The notes: generated from the sequence alone by a model not told the origin. A stretch of DNA of 24,238 nucleotides from a virus (IMGVR_UViG_3300017565_000041:1-24238); one strand, 5' to 3'; shown: positions 8,848 to 17,114, counted from the stretch's first letter. A program made the numbers and translations.

Positions 8848-9478
8848 CTTCGTCAGGGCTCAAGGTGTACTCGGCCTGGGCGAATTCGCCCTCAACCTCT
8901 TTAGGTGGCTCAAGCTCTCGGCGCAGCTTCTGGCTGGCAAGACGCTTGTTCTCGATCTCGATACGCTTCAGTTCAATGTCAAGCTCGGCATGACCGGGCG
9001 CATTGAACATCCCAAGGTGACGACCGATATCAACCAGAGCGCCCTTCTTGTCGTGCAGCTTGACCTTCAAGCCTTCTTTGCCCTGAGACACTTCGGCAAT
9101 CGCACCGGCTGTGTCGTCGTCGATCTCTGATGAGTCGATAAGAGCCAAGCCGTGGTAAGGCACCATGTCTTCGGCGCACTCTTCTTCGCCGTCAACCATG
9201 CGGACCATCGTCTCGCCCCAGCGGACGACCTTACGGATGTCACTGAAGCCGATCTTGGCCAGCTCTCGCAGCACCATGTCCTGGGTGATAGCCACCCTGC
9301 CAGAGCGCGCCTCCATGCCAGCCTGAATGGCCTGCTGAATGTCAACATTTGTCAACAGGCGATTTCCGGCCTGTCGGGCAGTCTTTGCGCTGAACCCTGC
9401 GCGGATAGCGGCTTGCGTGGCGTTCAGGTCGATCAGGTATTCGTCGACAAAGCGCTGCTGTTTTGCTGTCAGCGCCAT
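8822..9478 (-). CDS. terS: Terminase small subunit
   Basis: LTAKQQRFVDEYLIDLNATQAAIRAGFS and KLHDKKGALVDIGRHLGMF. Confidence 0.95.
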   Translation of the reverse strand: MALTAKQQRFVDEYLIDLNATQAAIRAGFSAKTARQAGNRLLTNVDIQQAIQAGMEARSGRVAITQDMVLRELAKIGFSDIRKVVRWGETMVRMVDGEEECAEDMVPYHGLALIDSSEIDDDTAGAIAEVSQGKEGLKVKLHDKKGALVDIGRHLGMFNAPGHAELDIELKRIEIENKRLASQKLRRELEPPKEVEGEFAQAEYTLSPDEDGPTTPYL

Positions 9479-9516
9479 AGGAAATTCCTTGAGACTTGGG
9501 TGCCTCGCTGGGCTGG

Positions 9517-9957
9517 TTATTGATGCTCGGTTGCGCGGATCGTCATAGTCCGAACCCTGCCGCCAGTGCTGGTATCGCGCCTTGCAGCCATCTCGACGGC
9601 CTTCTCGGCAGATGCGCCCATGTCCATCGCAGCGAATGCGTATGGTGTGCCGCTGCCGATGGCATACGGTCGATCAGGCTTGATTGGCGACTTCCATAGG
9701 CCCGTATCGTCGTCCACCGCCACCATCATCAGCTTTCCGGCATCCACGACGATTGCAGATGCGTCGACCTTCCCGGATGGCGCGGCACCGAAGTAGGCCC
9801 CGACCAATGCGTCATAGTCACAAAGGGCACCCGACATGAAGAACTTCACGCCGTCGCGCTCAATGCACTTGTCACAGTCGTCATCGGTGATCAGGTCGCC
9901 TCGGGTGACGCGGGAGTCGTAGGCGATCACGCCGTCCTTGTAGGCGATGGTGGTCAT
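9517..9957 (-). CDS. Ntn-hydrolase, proteasome-beta/HslV-like protein
   Basis: MTTIAY..VIAYDSR N-terminal Thr, YAIGSG, RDTSTGG. Confidence 0.75.
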   Translation of the reverse strand: MTTIAYKDGVIAYDSRVTRGDLITDDDCDKCIERDGVKFFMSGALCDYDALVGAYFGAAPSGKVDASAIVVDAGKLMMVAVDDDTGLWKSPIKPDRPYAIGSGTPYAFAAMDMGASAEKAVEMAARRDTSTGGRVRTMTIRATEHQ

Positions 9958-10118
9958 TCAGGATGAACCTCGATCTTGATGCCGCGCCCCACCCAGTAGC
10001 TGAAGTGCTCGGGGCATGGCTCTCGGCCAGTCAGCCTGGCCATGACGAGGACGCCGGCCAGGTAGTACTTGAGCCACCACTTATGGCGGCAAGCGATTCG
10101 TGCGGTTACCGTAACCAT
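9954..10118 (-). CDS. Small hypothetical protein (54 aa), not in ORF track
   Basis: MVTVTARIACRHKWWLKYYLAGVLVMARLTGREPCPEHFSYWVGRGIKIEVHPE; ATGA overlap with downstream gene. Confidence 0.65.
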   Translation of the reverse strand: MVTVTARIACRHKWWLKYYLAGVLVMARLTGREPCPEHFSYWVGRGIKIEVHPE

Positions 10119-10166
10119 GGGCCTGCCCTCGCGCCACGAAACGGCGCATCTCGAATTTGTGGCGCC

Positions 10167-10436
10167 CTACCCCGGCTGGAACACATGGCCACGCCGGGCG
10201 ACCGCGTACAGGACGATGCCCAGCTTGAGGATCACGCCGTACAGGGTGGGCACATGGCCGTTCATGGCCAGGACGAACGCGCCGAACGCGCCGATGGCCA
10301 CCAGGTAGAACGCGACAGCCAGCAGTGGCGCATCCATTGGCCTGATCCGGCGTAGGTAGTCGCACGCGGCGATCACCACCAGCACGCTCAGAAAGGCATT
10401 GGCGCCGATCAGGGTTGAAATCAGGGTCGAGCTCAT
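10167..10436 (-). CDS. Membrane protein, holin-associated
   Basis: 89 aa, about three hydrophobic segments; TGATG overlap with upstream gene. Confidence 0.7.
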   Translation of the reverse strand: MSSTLISTLIGANAFLSVLVVIAACDYLRRIRPMDAPLLAVAFYLVAIGAFGAFVLAMNGHVPTLYGVILKLGIVLYAVARRGHVFQPG

Positions 10437-10747
10437 CAGGTAGCTCCTTTGGCTCCGAACGACCCCACGAGCGACTTCAGCACCGGGATGATGTTCATTG
10501 CCAGAAGGCCTATCAGAAAGGCCACGCCGTATTGGGTTTCTCCGCCGGCTTCAAGCTTGAAGAAACTAATTGCCAACGGGGTGCAGAAAACTGCCGAGGT
10601 GAACCCGGTGAAGAAGGCAGCGACCGCCTGGCCCCGGGTGAGGCCGCGCAGGAAGGTCAGCGAGAGGATCGCTCCTGCGAAGCCGCCAATGATCACGCCG
10701 TACTTCACCAGCAGGACGCCGGCAGTCGTGCTTGCTGGTTCGGCCAT
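10436..10747 (-). CDS. Putative holin
   Basis: 103 aa, about three hydrophobic segments; MAEPAST start, GGFAGA, AFLIGL; AGGA RBS; near start of late operon. Confidence 0.7.
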   Translation of the reverse strand: MAEPASTTAGVLLVKYGVIIGGFAGAILSLTFLRGLTRGQAVAAFFTGFTSAVFCTPLAISFFKLEAGGETQYGVAFLIGLLAMNIIPVLKSLVGSFGAKGAT

Positions 10748-10760
10748 GAGTGGTTCCTAG

Positions 10761-10800
10761 AAAAAAGGCCCGGTGGGGAGGCCCTATTGAGGGACCGGGC
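10761..10800 (-). terminator. Putative terminator between tRNA and holin
   Basis: Minus strand GCCCGGT...ACCGGGC then CTTTTTT. Confidence 0.55.
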
Positions 10801-10828
10801 AAAGGTGCGGAGCAGCACTTAACGAATA

Positions 10829-10905
10829 TGGAGCGGATACAGGGACTCGAACCCTGAGCCTCCGACTTGGAAGGACGGCGCTCTAACCGATTGAGCTACA
10901 TCTGC
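10829..10905 (-). tRNA. tRNA-Gly (anticodon TCC)
   Basis: 77-nt cloverleaf GCAGATGTAGCTCAATCGGTTAGAGCGCCGTCCTTCCAAGTCGGAGGCTCAGGGTTCGAGTCCCTGTATCCGCTCCA; TTCGA T-loop, U73, encoded CCA; two stem mismatches. Confidence 0.92.
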
Positions 10906-11109
10906 ATGCGTGGGTCTTTCCCCACCTGTCCGCCGAAGACCATCCCAGCGCTGGCACCCCATTGCACCAGTCTCGCCGATCAAGTCTCGCGCCACCCACC
11001 AGCACAGTGAGGGAATGGATGCGCGGGCTGCCGGTGTTTTTCCGTACACCACACTACCGGCTAGCAGTGTCCAGGCGTTCCCGTTAGGGCTGCCCTGGCT
11101 GCAGTTGCG

Positions 11110-11349
11110 TCAGGAAGCTGGGGAGATGTCCACGTAGTAGGCCTTGCCAACCTCAAGCTTCTCGGCTACCTCAGTGACGATCCCGGCGCGGAAGTGGCCA
11201 TATGGCGTGTACTTCCCGTAGATCGAATCCTCGGTGGCGGGGTCGCTGGAGTAGACGGCGCCGAACTGGACAGTGCAGAGCTGGTCCTGGCTGTGCTCGT
11301 TCGGGGTCACTTCGTGGCAGATCATTTTGCAGCGCATGCGATTGAGCAT
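11110..11349 (-). CDS. Hypothetical protein (79 aa)
   Basis: GGAGAG RBS; globular composition, YGKYTPYG...LEVGKAYYVDISPA. Confidence 0.75.
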   Translation of the reverse strand: MLNRMRCKMICHEVTPNEHSQDQLCTVQFGAVYSSDPATEDSIYGKYTPYGHFRAGIVTEVAEKLEVGKAYYVDISPAS

Positions 11350-11403
11350 GATTGGCTCTCCAGGTGAAGCAGGTTGGCCTATCAGTCTTTCGCCTGCTGG
11401 AAA

Positions 11404-11428
11404 CGAAAATCCCGGCGCTCGGCCGGGA
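11404..11428 (-). terminator. Second late-leader terminator
   Basis: Minus strand TCCCGGC-CGAGC-GCCGGGA then TTTTCGTTT. Confidence 0.55.
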
Positions 11429-11451
11429 CTCTTGAGGCCCTCATGGGGGCA

Positions 11452-11482
11452 ATAAAAAAGCCCAGCACAATGGCCGGGCTTT
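11452..11482 (-). terminator. tR'-like intrinsic terminator
   Basis: Minus strand AAAGCCCGGC-CATTGT-GCTGGGCTTTTTTATT. Confidence 0.8.
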
Positions 11483-11525
11483 GATGGTCACTCCTCAACT
11501 AGCGCAGGAATGACAGGATGGGTGA

Positions 11526-11554
11526 ATATTCGGCGAAGCGGCATGTGATGTCAA
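11526..11554 (-). promoter_or_regulatory. Late promoter pR'-like
   Basis: TTGACA (11554-11549), 17 nt, GAATAT; immediately after Q-like gene and before terminator. Confidence 0.65.
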
Positions 11555-11560
11555 TAGGCT

Positions 11561-12232
11561 TTATGCAGCATCTTGATCATCGAACAAAACCCCCTCGCTG
11601 CCCAGGATCTCGCCTGCCTCCACCAGCGCTTCATCCACCATCTTGTCCAGCCCCTTGAAGATTTTGCGGCGCCAGTCTCGGCGGGTGCGCTCTGGATTCC
11701 CATCGAGATCCCAGGTGTTCATGTCGTAGTTGTGCGCGGGCAGAATGATCACCCCTTCGCACGGCGCTTCCTGGCGCTGCTTCAGCTTTGTGTTGATGAC
11801 CTGCTGGGCTTTCGCAACGGCGGCCTTTCGCCAAGCAGGGGCATCGTCGTCAACCTCAATCGTCACCTTTTGAGAGACCGGTCGCTCAGCGCCCCCAAGC
11901 TGCGGGTAGGCCCAGGCGGTCACCGCCTTGGTGAGGAACAGCCTGGGTGCCGGCGAGGTTACGTGCGCAACGATTCGGCCTATGGCGCCAACCTTGGAAG
12001 CCATATGCGTCGAGTAGCGCGCATTCAGGGCCAGCCAATGCTTTTGTTCCAGGCAGGAATGCAGCCTCCCGAACACCCAGCAGTCAGTGAGGAATGCTGC
12101 ATCCTTGCCGACGATCTCGCCTTTGAGCTTGCTGGACTGCACCTTGGGGGTGTAGTCACAGCCACCTGCGCTGTTGATCGTCTCAGACGCCAGCGCTCGA
12201 ATTACTGCGGAAATCACGTCCCGATAGATCAT
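11561..12232 (-). CDS. Putative late antitermination protein (Q position)
   Basis: Start MIYRDVISAVIRAL at 12232 (ATGA overlap); C-terminal PERTRRDWRRKI; after ninG, before pR'/tR'. Confidence 0.65.
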   Translation of the reverse strand: MIYRDVISAVIRALASETINSAGGCDYTPKVQSSKLKGEIVGKDAAFLTDCWVFGRLHSCLEQKHWLALNARYSTHMASKVGAIGRIVAHVTSPAPRLFLTKAVTAWAYPQLGGAERPVSQKVTIEVDDDAPAWRKAAVAKAQQVINTKLKQRQEAPCEGVIILPAHNYDMNTWDLDGNPERTRRDWRRKIFKGLDKMVDEALVEAGEILGSEGVLFDDQDAA

Positions 12233-12375
12233 TGCCCACCCCCTGCCCGCTTGGCCTCGCTCAAAATGAATTCTTCGTAGCATCGCTTGCGTCGAACCGC
12301 GCCCGCCCACGACAGCGCCACACCACCCACCACCATGAGGGTGGCCAAAATCAGGAATCCCCATGCCGGCGTCAT
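12229..12375 (-). CDS. Small membrane protein (48 aa)
   Basis: MTPAWGFLILATLMVVGGVALSWAGAVRRKRCYEEFILSEAKRAGGGQ; ATGA overlaps at both ends. Confidence 0.7.
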   Translation of the reverse strand: MTPAWGFLILATLMVVGGVALSWAGAVRRKRCYEEFILSEAKRAGGGQ

Positions 12376-12977
12376 GCTGCCGCCCTCCTCAGGTCTTTGA
12401 GTTTTTGTCTGTACAGGGCCTTGATGGCCTGCAGGTCTTCGATGGTCAGGCGCTGGGGCTTATGAGGCCCTTCGAGGAACTCCACGGCTTCGGCGCCGAT
12501 GCGCTTCACCAGACGGATGCGGTACTCGACCGCGTTCCCCGACAGGTTCCGGTTGCACTTCACGCACTGCCGGTGGACGTTCAGCGGCTCGAAGCGCAGC
12601 TCGGGGCAGGCGCCCACCGACCGGTAATGGCCGGCGTCCCAGCGGCTTCCGGTGATGAGGTCGTGGTCGCTCGGCAGTGAGTCGCAGCTGATGCACGGCA
12701 GGCCAGCGTCACGCTCTCGGATGTACGCATTGAACGCCGTCTGCGCTTCGGCCATGTGCTCGCGTCGGGTCTTCAACTTCTCCCGGCGCTCCTGCAGGTC
12801 CTCGCGCTTTTGCTTGGTGATGGCCTTGGCCGCGATCTTCTGTAGCTTCGGGTCTTTGGCCATGGCCTTGGCGCAGGCGATGCTGCACACCTTCTGCGTG
12901 GTCATGGTCGGCTTGAAGGGCTTGCCGCAGCCAGGCGCCTTGCACTTCTTCGGCTTGATCTCCTTGGCGAGCATCAC
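12372..12977 (-). CDS. ninG: NinG/Rap recombination endonuclease
   Basis: AQTAFNAYIRERD, PCISC, WDAGHYRSVGA, NVHRQCVKCN. Confidence 0.95.
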   Translation of the reverse strand: MMLAKEIKPKKCKAPGCGKPFKPTMTTQKVCSIACAKAMAKDPKLQKIAAKAITKQKREDLQERREKLKTRREHMAEAQTAFNAYIRERDAGLPCISCDSLPSDHDLITGSRWDAGHYRSVGACPELRFEPLNVHRQCVKCNRNLSGNAVEYRIRLVKRIGAEAVEFLEGPHKPQRLTIEDLQAIKALYRQKLKDLRRAAA

Positions 12978-13069
12978 TTGCCCCCCATTAGCAGGCCGAT
13001 CATGCAGGCGATGACTGAGGCGAAAGGCTCACCGGTGAGCGCCAATATCAGAGCGATGATCCAGATCAT
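12974..13069 (-). CDS. Hydrophobic microprotein (31 aa)
   Basis: MIWIIALILALTGEPFASVIACMIGLLMGGK; exactly fills ninB-ninG gap with ATGA and GTGA overlaps. Confidence 0.6.
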   Translation of the reverse strand: MIWIIALILALTGEPFASVIACMIGLLMGGK

Positions 13070-13533
13070 GCCGCTGCCTCCCACTGCTCAGGCATCTGCC
13101 CTTTGGGCTCGCTCCAGCGCACGCCGCGTTCGGAGCCGAACACGTACATGCACTCGATGACATCGCCCAGTTCAGCTACGGACATGCGCCGGGTGCTGAC
13201 GCCCAGCATCACGACGCCGCCGTTGATGCCGGAGGCCATGCGCACCTCCTGCCGGGCAGCAGCAGTCATCAGCGCCTTCCAGTCCTCGCTATCGAGCTTC
13301 TGCATGACGCCGTTCACCGGCCATTCAACCTGGCGGGCAATATCGGCCAACATGGCCCAGAGCTTCGCGTTCTGCTCCAGGGTTCGGCGGGACTTGACCG
13401 GCCGGACGATGATCTCGATGGCCCCAGCCACGGCAAGTTCGGTGGCGAACAGGTAGGCCAGCCGACACACGTCACGGACACGACTCGGGCCCGAGGACCA
13501 GAAGTGGCGAGGTTTTGCGATTGCTTCAGCCAC
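13066..13533 (-). CDS. ninB: NinB/Orf recombination mediator
   Basis: RTLEQNAKLWAMLADIARQVEW, EDWK, GVSTRRMS, FGSERGVRWS. Confidence 0.93.
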   Translation of the reverse strand: MAEAIAKPRHFWSSGPSRVRDVCRLAYLFATELAVAGAIEIIVRPVKSRRTLEQNAKLWAMLADIARQVEWPVNGVMQKLDSEDWKALMTAAARQEVRMASGINGGVVMLGVSTRRMSVAELGDVIECMYVFGSERGVRWSEPKGQMPEQWEAAA

Positions 13534-13702
13534 GCTTCACCCCCTTGCATGCCGCCCTGATAACCCTGGCCGCCCTGATGAAGCCGCTGGCAGTTCCGCA
13601 AAACATCGCCCAGGCCAGGTACAGCGCGTACATGGCCAGCATCGCGCCGCCGGCGCCCATGACTGCGTAGCCAACGAGTTGAGCGAAATTATTCATGGTC
13701 AT
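13526..13702 (-). CDS. Small membrane protein (58 aa)
   Basis: MTMNNFAQLVGYAVMGAGGAMLAMYALYLAWAMFCG...; overlaps both neighbours. Confidence 0.6.
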   Translation of the reverse strand: MTMNNFAQLVGYAVMGAGGAMLAMYALYLAWAMFCGTASGFIRAARVIRAACKGVKRG

Positions 13703-13932
13703 GACGCCACCGCCTTCGGCTGAAGCCGCTCCAAGCGCTCGCGCAGCTCGTTGATCTCGTCCTGCGCGGCGTCCATCACCTTCTGCGCCTCGTGCACGTC
13801 GATCCAGTTGCCGCTGATGTCCTCGAACTTCTGGATTCGAGTGCCAGAGGGCGCAAGCAGGAAGCTGAAGCGCGGGATAGCGTTGAGCCGATCCCAGAAC
13901 TCGAAGCCTTCGCGCGTCTTGATGTTCCTCAT
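13699..13932 (-). CDS. Hypothetical protein
   Basis: 77 aa; ATGA-coupled; C-terminal coiled coil. Confidence 0.7.
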   Translation of the reverse strand: MRNIKTREGFEFWDRLNAIPRFSFLLAPSGTRIQKFEDISGNWIDVHEAQKVMDAAQDEINELRERLERLQPKAVAS

Positions 13933-14240
13933 GGCGCCACCTTCAGGCCCTGGGCCTCGATGGCATCGCGGCAGTTTTCAAGTGCCTCGTTGTAGCTGCC
14001 GTTTTCGTCTGGCATGGGCATGTGGCGAATACGGCGTTGAGCGGGCAGCTTCACCTCAATGGTTGAGCGGGATGCCTGCCAGGCCCACCATGCGCACAAC
14101 GTCTCGAGCGCCACGTAGTCACCCGCAACACGGCTATGCCCGTTGGCGAAGCGCAGCGCCTGCTGGGTGCGAGTAAGTGACAGGCCTTGCTCCTTCGCGG
14201 CAGCTTCGAACTGCTCGCGCATACGGTTGATGTCGGTCAT
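13929..14240 (-). CDS. Hypothetical nin-region protein
   Basis: MREQFEAA, AWWAWQASR, CRDAIEAQGLKV typical of Pseudomonas phage early proteins; coupled. Confidence 0.75.
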   Translation of the reverse strand: MTDINRMREQFEAAAKEQGLSLTRTQQALRFANGHSRVAGDYVALETLCAWWAWQASRSTIEVKLPAQRRIRHMPMPDENGSYNEALENCRDAIEAQGLKVAP

Positions 14241-14545
14241 GGCTTCACCTCATCCCAGCGAACCTCAAGCCACATATCCACGAATTGGCCTTCGTAGCAT
14301 CGAACCTGGCAGCTATACCCAAGGGCAGTAAGCTCCTTGATGATCGCCTTGCACAGTTCCGGCCAGCCCTTCTGGTTTGAGTAGCAAGCTCCACTGCCAA
14401 AGCCATATTCCCGCTCGCTGTAGGTGTACCTGCCTTGCTCGGCTTCTTTGACGATGCCGGCCAGGATGGTGTCCACGGCGAACGCAGGGTCTTTGGCGCG
14501 GGCGATATCGCGTGCCTTGGATGCGGTCATCTTGTTGGTGTCCAT
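14237..14545 (-). CDS. Hypothetical protein
   Basis: Start MDTNKMTASKAR at 14545 (TGATG overlap), GGAG RBS. Confidence 0.7.
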   Translation of the reverse strand: MDTNKMTASKARDIARAKDPAFAVDTILAGIVKEAEQGRYTYSEREYGFGSGACYSNQKGWPELCKAIIKELTALGYSCQVRCYEGQFVDMWLEVRWDEVKP

Positions 14546-14739
14546 CAGTGCTTCTCCCAAGGCAGGAAAATGGCCGAGACCGCTTCGCGAATCTCTCGGA
14601 AATCGCGACGGTTCTGCCAAAGGATCGCGACGGAGAAAATGATCGGCATGAATGGCAGCAGAGCCAGTAGGTAGATTCGGGCCAGCCATGGGTGGCGGAT
14701 CATCCACGGCTTGATGCCGCGAGGTTTGAACTTGCGCAT
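14545..14739 (-). CDS. Small membrane protein (64 aa)
   Basis: MRKFKPRGIKPW...IYLLALLPFMPIIFSVAILW; TGATG overlap with P stop. Confidence 0.65.
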   Translation of the reverse strand: MRKFKPRGIKPWMIRHPWLARIYLLALLPFMPIIFSVAILWQNRRDFREIREAVSAIFLPWEKH

Positions 14740-15500
14740 CACACCCCCTCCCCGGCCGGCTGCCCGGCGCGCTTGATGTTCAACTTGGCCAGCAGGTGTG
14801 CACGGCACGCGGCAGCACCACTGGGAATTTGCTGGACTTCGAGCAACCGAGCCTGGCGTTGGCTGGCGTACTCGTCGGCCAGCTGGGCGGCGCTCTTCTG
14901 GCTGTCGTGGCCGATGCCGGTGGCGATATCACCCAGGGGCTCGCCGTCGACCAGCATGCGAATGGTGATGTCGTAGGCCCGGGCGAACACCTTCTCGGCC
15001 CGCTCCGGCTCCATCTGGCCCAGGTTCTGCGCCTCGCATTGCAGGGCCGCGTGGCGCACCGCTGCGTGCGTCCAAACGCGTGACCCTGCCCTGCTGGGGT
15101 GGAAGTTCTCCAGTGCTTCTGCCAGGGCCCGCGCAAGCGGCGGAATGCCCATCTCCTCCGGGGCCGGCTGGCACAGCTTGATGAACTTGCCACTGCTCGG
15201 GGCGAAGTCGGTACCCAGCACCCGGCACTTCTGGATGCCGAAGCGGATCTGCTCGAGCGTGTTGATGCCCGCGGCGACGAAGGACTTGATCCAGCTGCGC
15301 TTGGCGGCCTTCAAGGCTTCGTCATCCGGCCAGGCCTGCTTCCACGCCGGGAAGATGGCTTGCAGCTCCTTGAACAGGGCGTTGACCACTTCGGTGGTGC
15401 CGGGGTCCAGTTGCTTTGCCGGGGCCTGGACCTCGCCGGGCAGGTTGCGGGCCGTGGCCATGATCTGCGTGACACTGCGCAGTTTCGGTTGAGCGCTCAT
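14739..15500 (-). CDS. Replication protein P-like
   Basis: VVNALFKELQAIFPAWKQAWP, AKRSWIK, FAPSSGKFIKLC. Confidence 0.88.
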   Translation of the reverse strand: MSAQPKLRSVTQIMATARNLPGEVQAPAKQLDPGTTEVVNALFKELQAIFPAWKQAWPDDEALKAAKRSWIKSFVAAGINTLEQIRFGIQKCRVLGTDFAPSSGKFIKLCQPAPEEMGIPPLARALAEALENFHPSRAGSRVWTHAAVRHAALQCEAQNLGQMEPERAEKVFARAYDITIRMLVDGEPLGDIATGIGHDSQKSAAQLADEYASQRQARLLEVQQIPSGAAACRAHLLAKLNIKRAGQPAGEGV

Positions 15501-16276
15501 AGGTCACCCAAATCGTCAGCCCAGGACGTGTCGCTGAAATTCGGACCGTTGGCCTGACGACGTGGCGGGAACTGGTGGACGTTGCCAGCAGGCGGCAGTT
15601 CGTCATCCCAGCGCTTGCCGTTCAGCCAGGTAGCCGGGTGCGGGATGAACTGGCCGCCGTCCTTGGTCCAGTCGACGGACACGCTCCAGGCTGCCAGCGA
15701 CGTAGCCATACGGTCGAACAGGTCGGCGTCAACCTTGAGCTTCGCCCAAGCCTTCTCAGCGTTGGCTTTGCCCACTTTGCGCGGGAACAGCTTCCAGAAA
15801 CGATCAAACAGGTCAGCGTCATCGCCAGATGACGAAGTCTTTTGATCTTGTTCTTTATCTTCTCTTCTCTTCTCTTCTCTGGTCCGCGTTTTGTCCGCAT
15901 CACTTGCGGACGAATTGCGGACAGAATTCGCCTTACGCGACTCGCGCTTGCGTTCGCTGTCATTAGCTCGGCGCTTGGCGCTGGCCCCGTTGTGCTCGTC
16001 AAAGCGAGGCATGACAAGGCTTCCATCCTCATCGATGGCGGCCCACTCAACGTCGATCATGGCCTGCGTGAAACCTGGCCAGCCGATCACCGCATCCATG
16101 GCATCAGGGGTGTAGCCATGCAACACGCCGTCAGCAGAATGAGTGTCGAAGATGCTCCAGGCGACATGCAGTCCGCCAATCACCCGCAGTCTGTCCGCAC
16201 GCAATGCGGACACCATGCGGAAAACTTTTGGATGGGTCTGAAGATCTACGCGCATTTTTATCCAGTCTCCGGCCAT
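15497..16276 (-). CDS. Replication initiator (O-like)
   Basis: MAGDWIKMR, FDEHNGASAKRR, FDRFWKLFPRKVGK, FIPHPATWLNGKRWDDE. Confidence 0.88.
   Translation of the reverse strand: MAGDWIKMRVDLQTHPKVFRMVSALRADRLRVIGGLHVAWSIFDTHSADGVLHGYTPDAMDAVIGWPGFTQAMIDVEWAAIDEDGSLVMPRFDEHNGASAKRRANDSERKRESRKANSVRNSSASDADKTRTREEKRREDKEQDQKTSSSGDDADLFDRFWKLFPRKVGKANAEKAWAKLKVDADLFDRMATSLAAWSVSVDWTKDGGQFIPHPATWLNGKRWDDELPPAGNVHQFPPRRQANGPNFSDTSWADDLGDL
15838..15923. repeat. Putative replication origin: iterons plus pyrimidine tract
   Basis: TGTCCGCA/TGCGGACR copies at 15892, 15905, 15916 and GGTCCGCG at 15881, next to (TCTTC)n and T-rich run 15838-15880. Confidence 0.7.
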
Positions 16277-17103
16277 TACTTACGCCCTACGCCGACGAGG
16301 CCGGCGAGCTCAAGGAAGCGATCCACGTACCAATGCGGCTGCGTTTCGCGAGGGGATTGAGGGCTGGTCAGGTTCTTGCCGTAGCGCAGCCCCTTCTCGG
16401 TGATCGACCAAAAGTCGACCACCTCCTGTTTGGAGTTCTTGCGCTGAAGCACCTTCAGGTAGCCGGCCTGTTGAAGCGCCTTATTGAATACTGCCGGCGA
16501 CATGCGAATGCCGTTGTCCTTCAGCAGCGCTGTAGCAGACTTCGTGGGCATGGACGATCCGCCCGTAGCATCCGGAGAATCATCGACCGCGTAGCCCGGC
16601 AGGAAATTGGCATCGAGCCCATTGCTCTGGGCGATCTTGGCCAGCATCAGCATTTTGCTGGACGGCGCCGGCTTGAGCAGTCGATCGAAGCACTCGAGGA
16701 TGGCCAGCTCGCCGACGATCTTTGAGTTGTTCGGTACGAACTGCGCTCTTGCGCTTTCCTCCAGAGCCGTCATCCGATCGAACACCTTGGCCTGCAGCTC
16801 GTAGCTGTAGGACATCGCCATCAAGCACGCCTCCCGCTTCGGGAAGCGGTAGCACTTCTGGCGACGATTCATTGAGTCGAGGTAGATGTCGGAAAATCTT
16901 CCGGCATCTTTTTTCAGCACCTTAGGCACCTTCTTCATCAGGTCGGCATGGTCAAGAACAGCCTCCCCTTCCTCGCGCTGCGAATTGATGAAGTCGACAA
17001 GCTCCAGGCTGGACATTGAAATCGGGCGCGCCACGAAATCGTGGTTCGCATTTTGTGGCGCGGGCCAGTTGTTGGGTTGTAGACTCAGGTTCTGCGTATG
17101 CAT
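16276..17103 (-). CDS. Rha-like N-terminus plus KilAC/ANT-like C-terminus antirepressor
   Basis: MSSLELVDFIN, YLDSMNRRQKCYRFPKREACLMAMSYS, SATALLK, FWSITEKGLRYGKN, ETQPHWY; start 17103 uncertain. Confidence 0.85.
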   Translation of the reverse strand: MHTQNLSLQPNNWPAPQNANHDFVARPISMSSLELVDFINSQREEGEAVLDHADLMKKVPKVLKKDAGRFSDIYLDSMNRRQKCYRFPKREACLMAMSYSYELQAKVFDRMTALEESARAQFVPNNSKIVGELAILECFDRLLKPAPSSKMLMLAKIAQSNGLDANFLPGYAVDDSPDATGGSSMPTKSATALLKDNGIRMSPAVFNKALQQAGYLKVLQRKNSKQEVVDFWSITEKGLRYGKNLTSPQSPRETQPHWYVDRFLELAGLVGVGRK

Positions 17104-17108
17104 ATAAT
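17080..17108 (+). promoter_or_regulatory. Antisense sigma70 promoter over antirepressor start
   Basis: TAGACT, 17 nt, TATAAT. Confidence 0.75.
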
Positions 17109-17114
17109 TGGTCT

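Noticed and set aside
10819-11137. ORFs over the tRNA and leader
   Set aside because: Overlap a clear tRNA or structured region; no RBS
15858-15880. (TCTTC)n as a phase-variable repeat
   Set aside because: Encodes REEKRRE in an intact frame beside iterons; fits an origin tract
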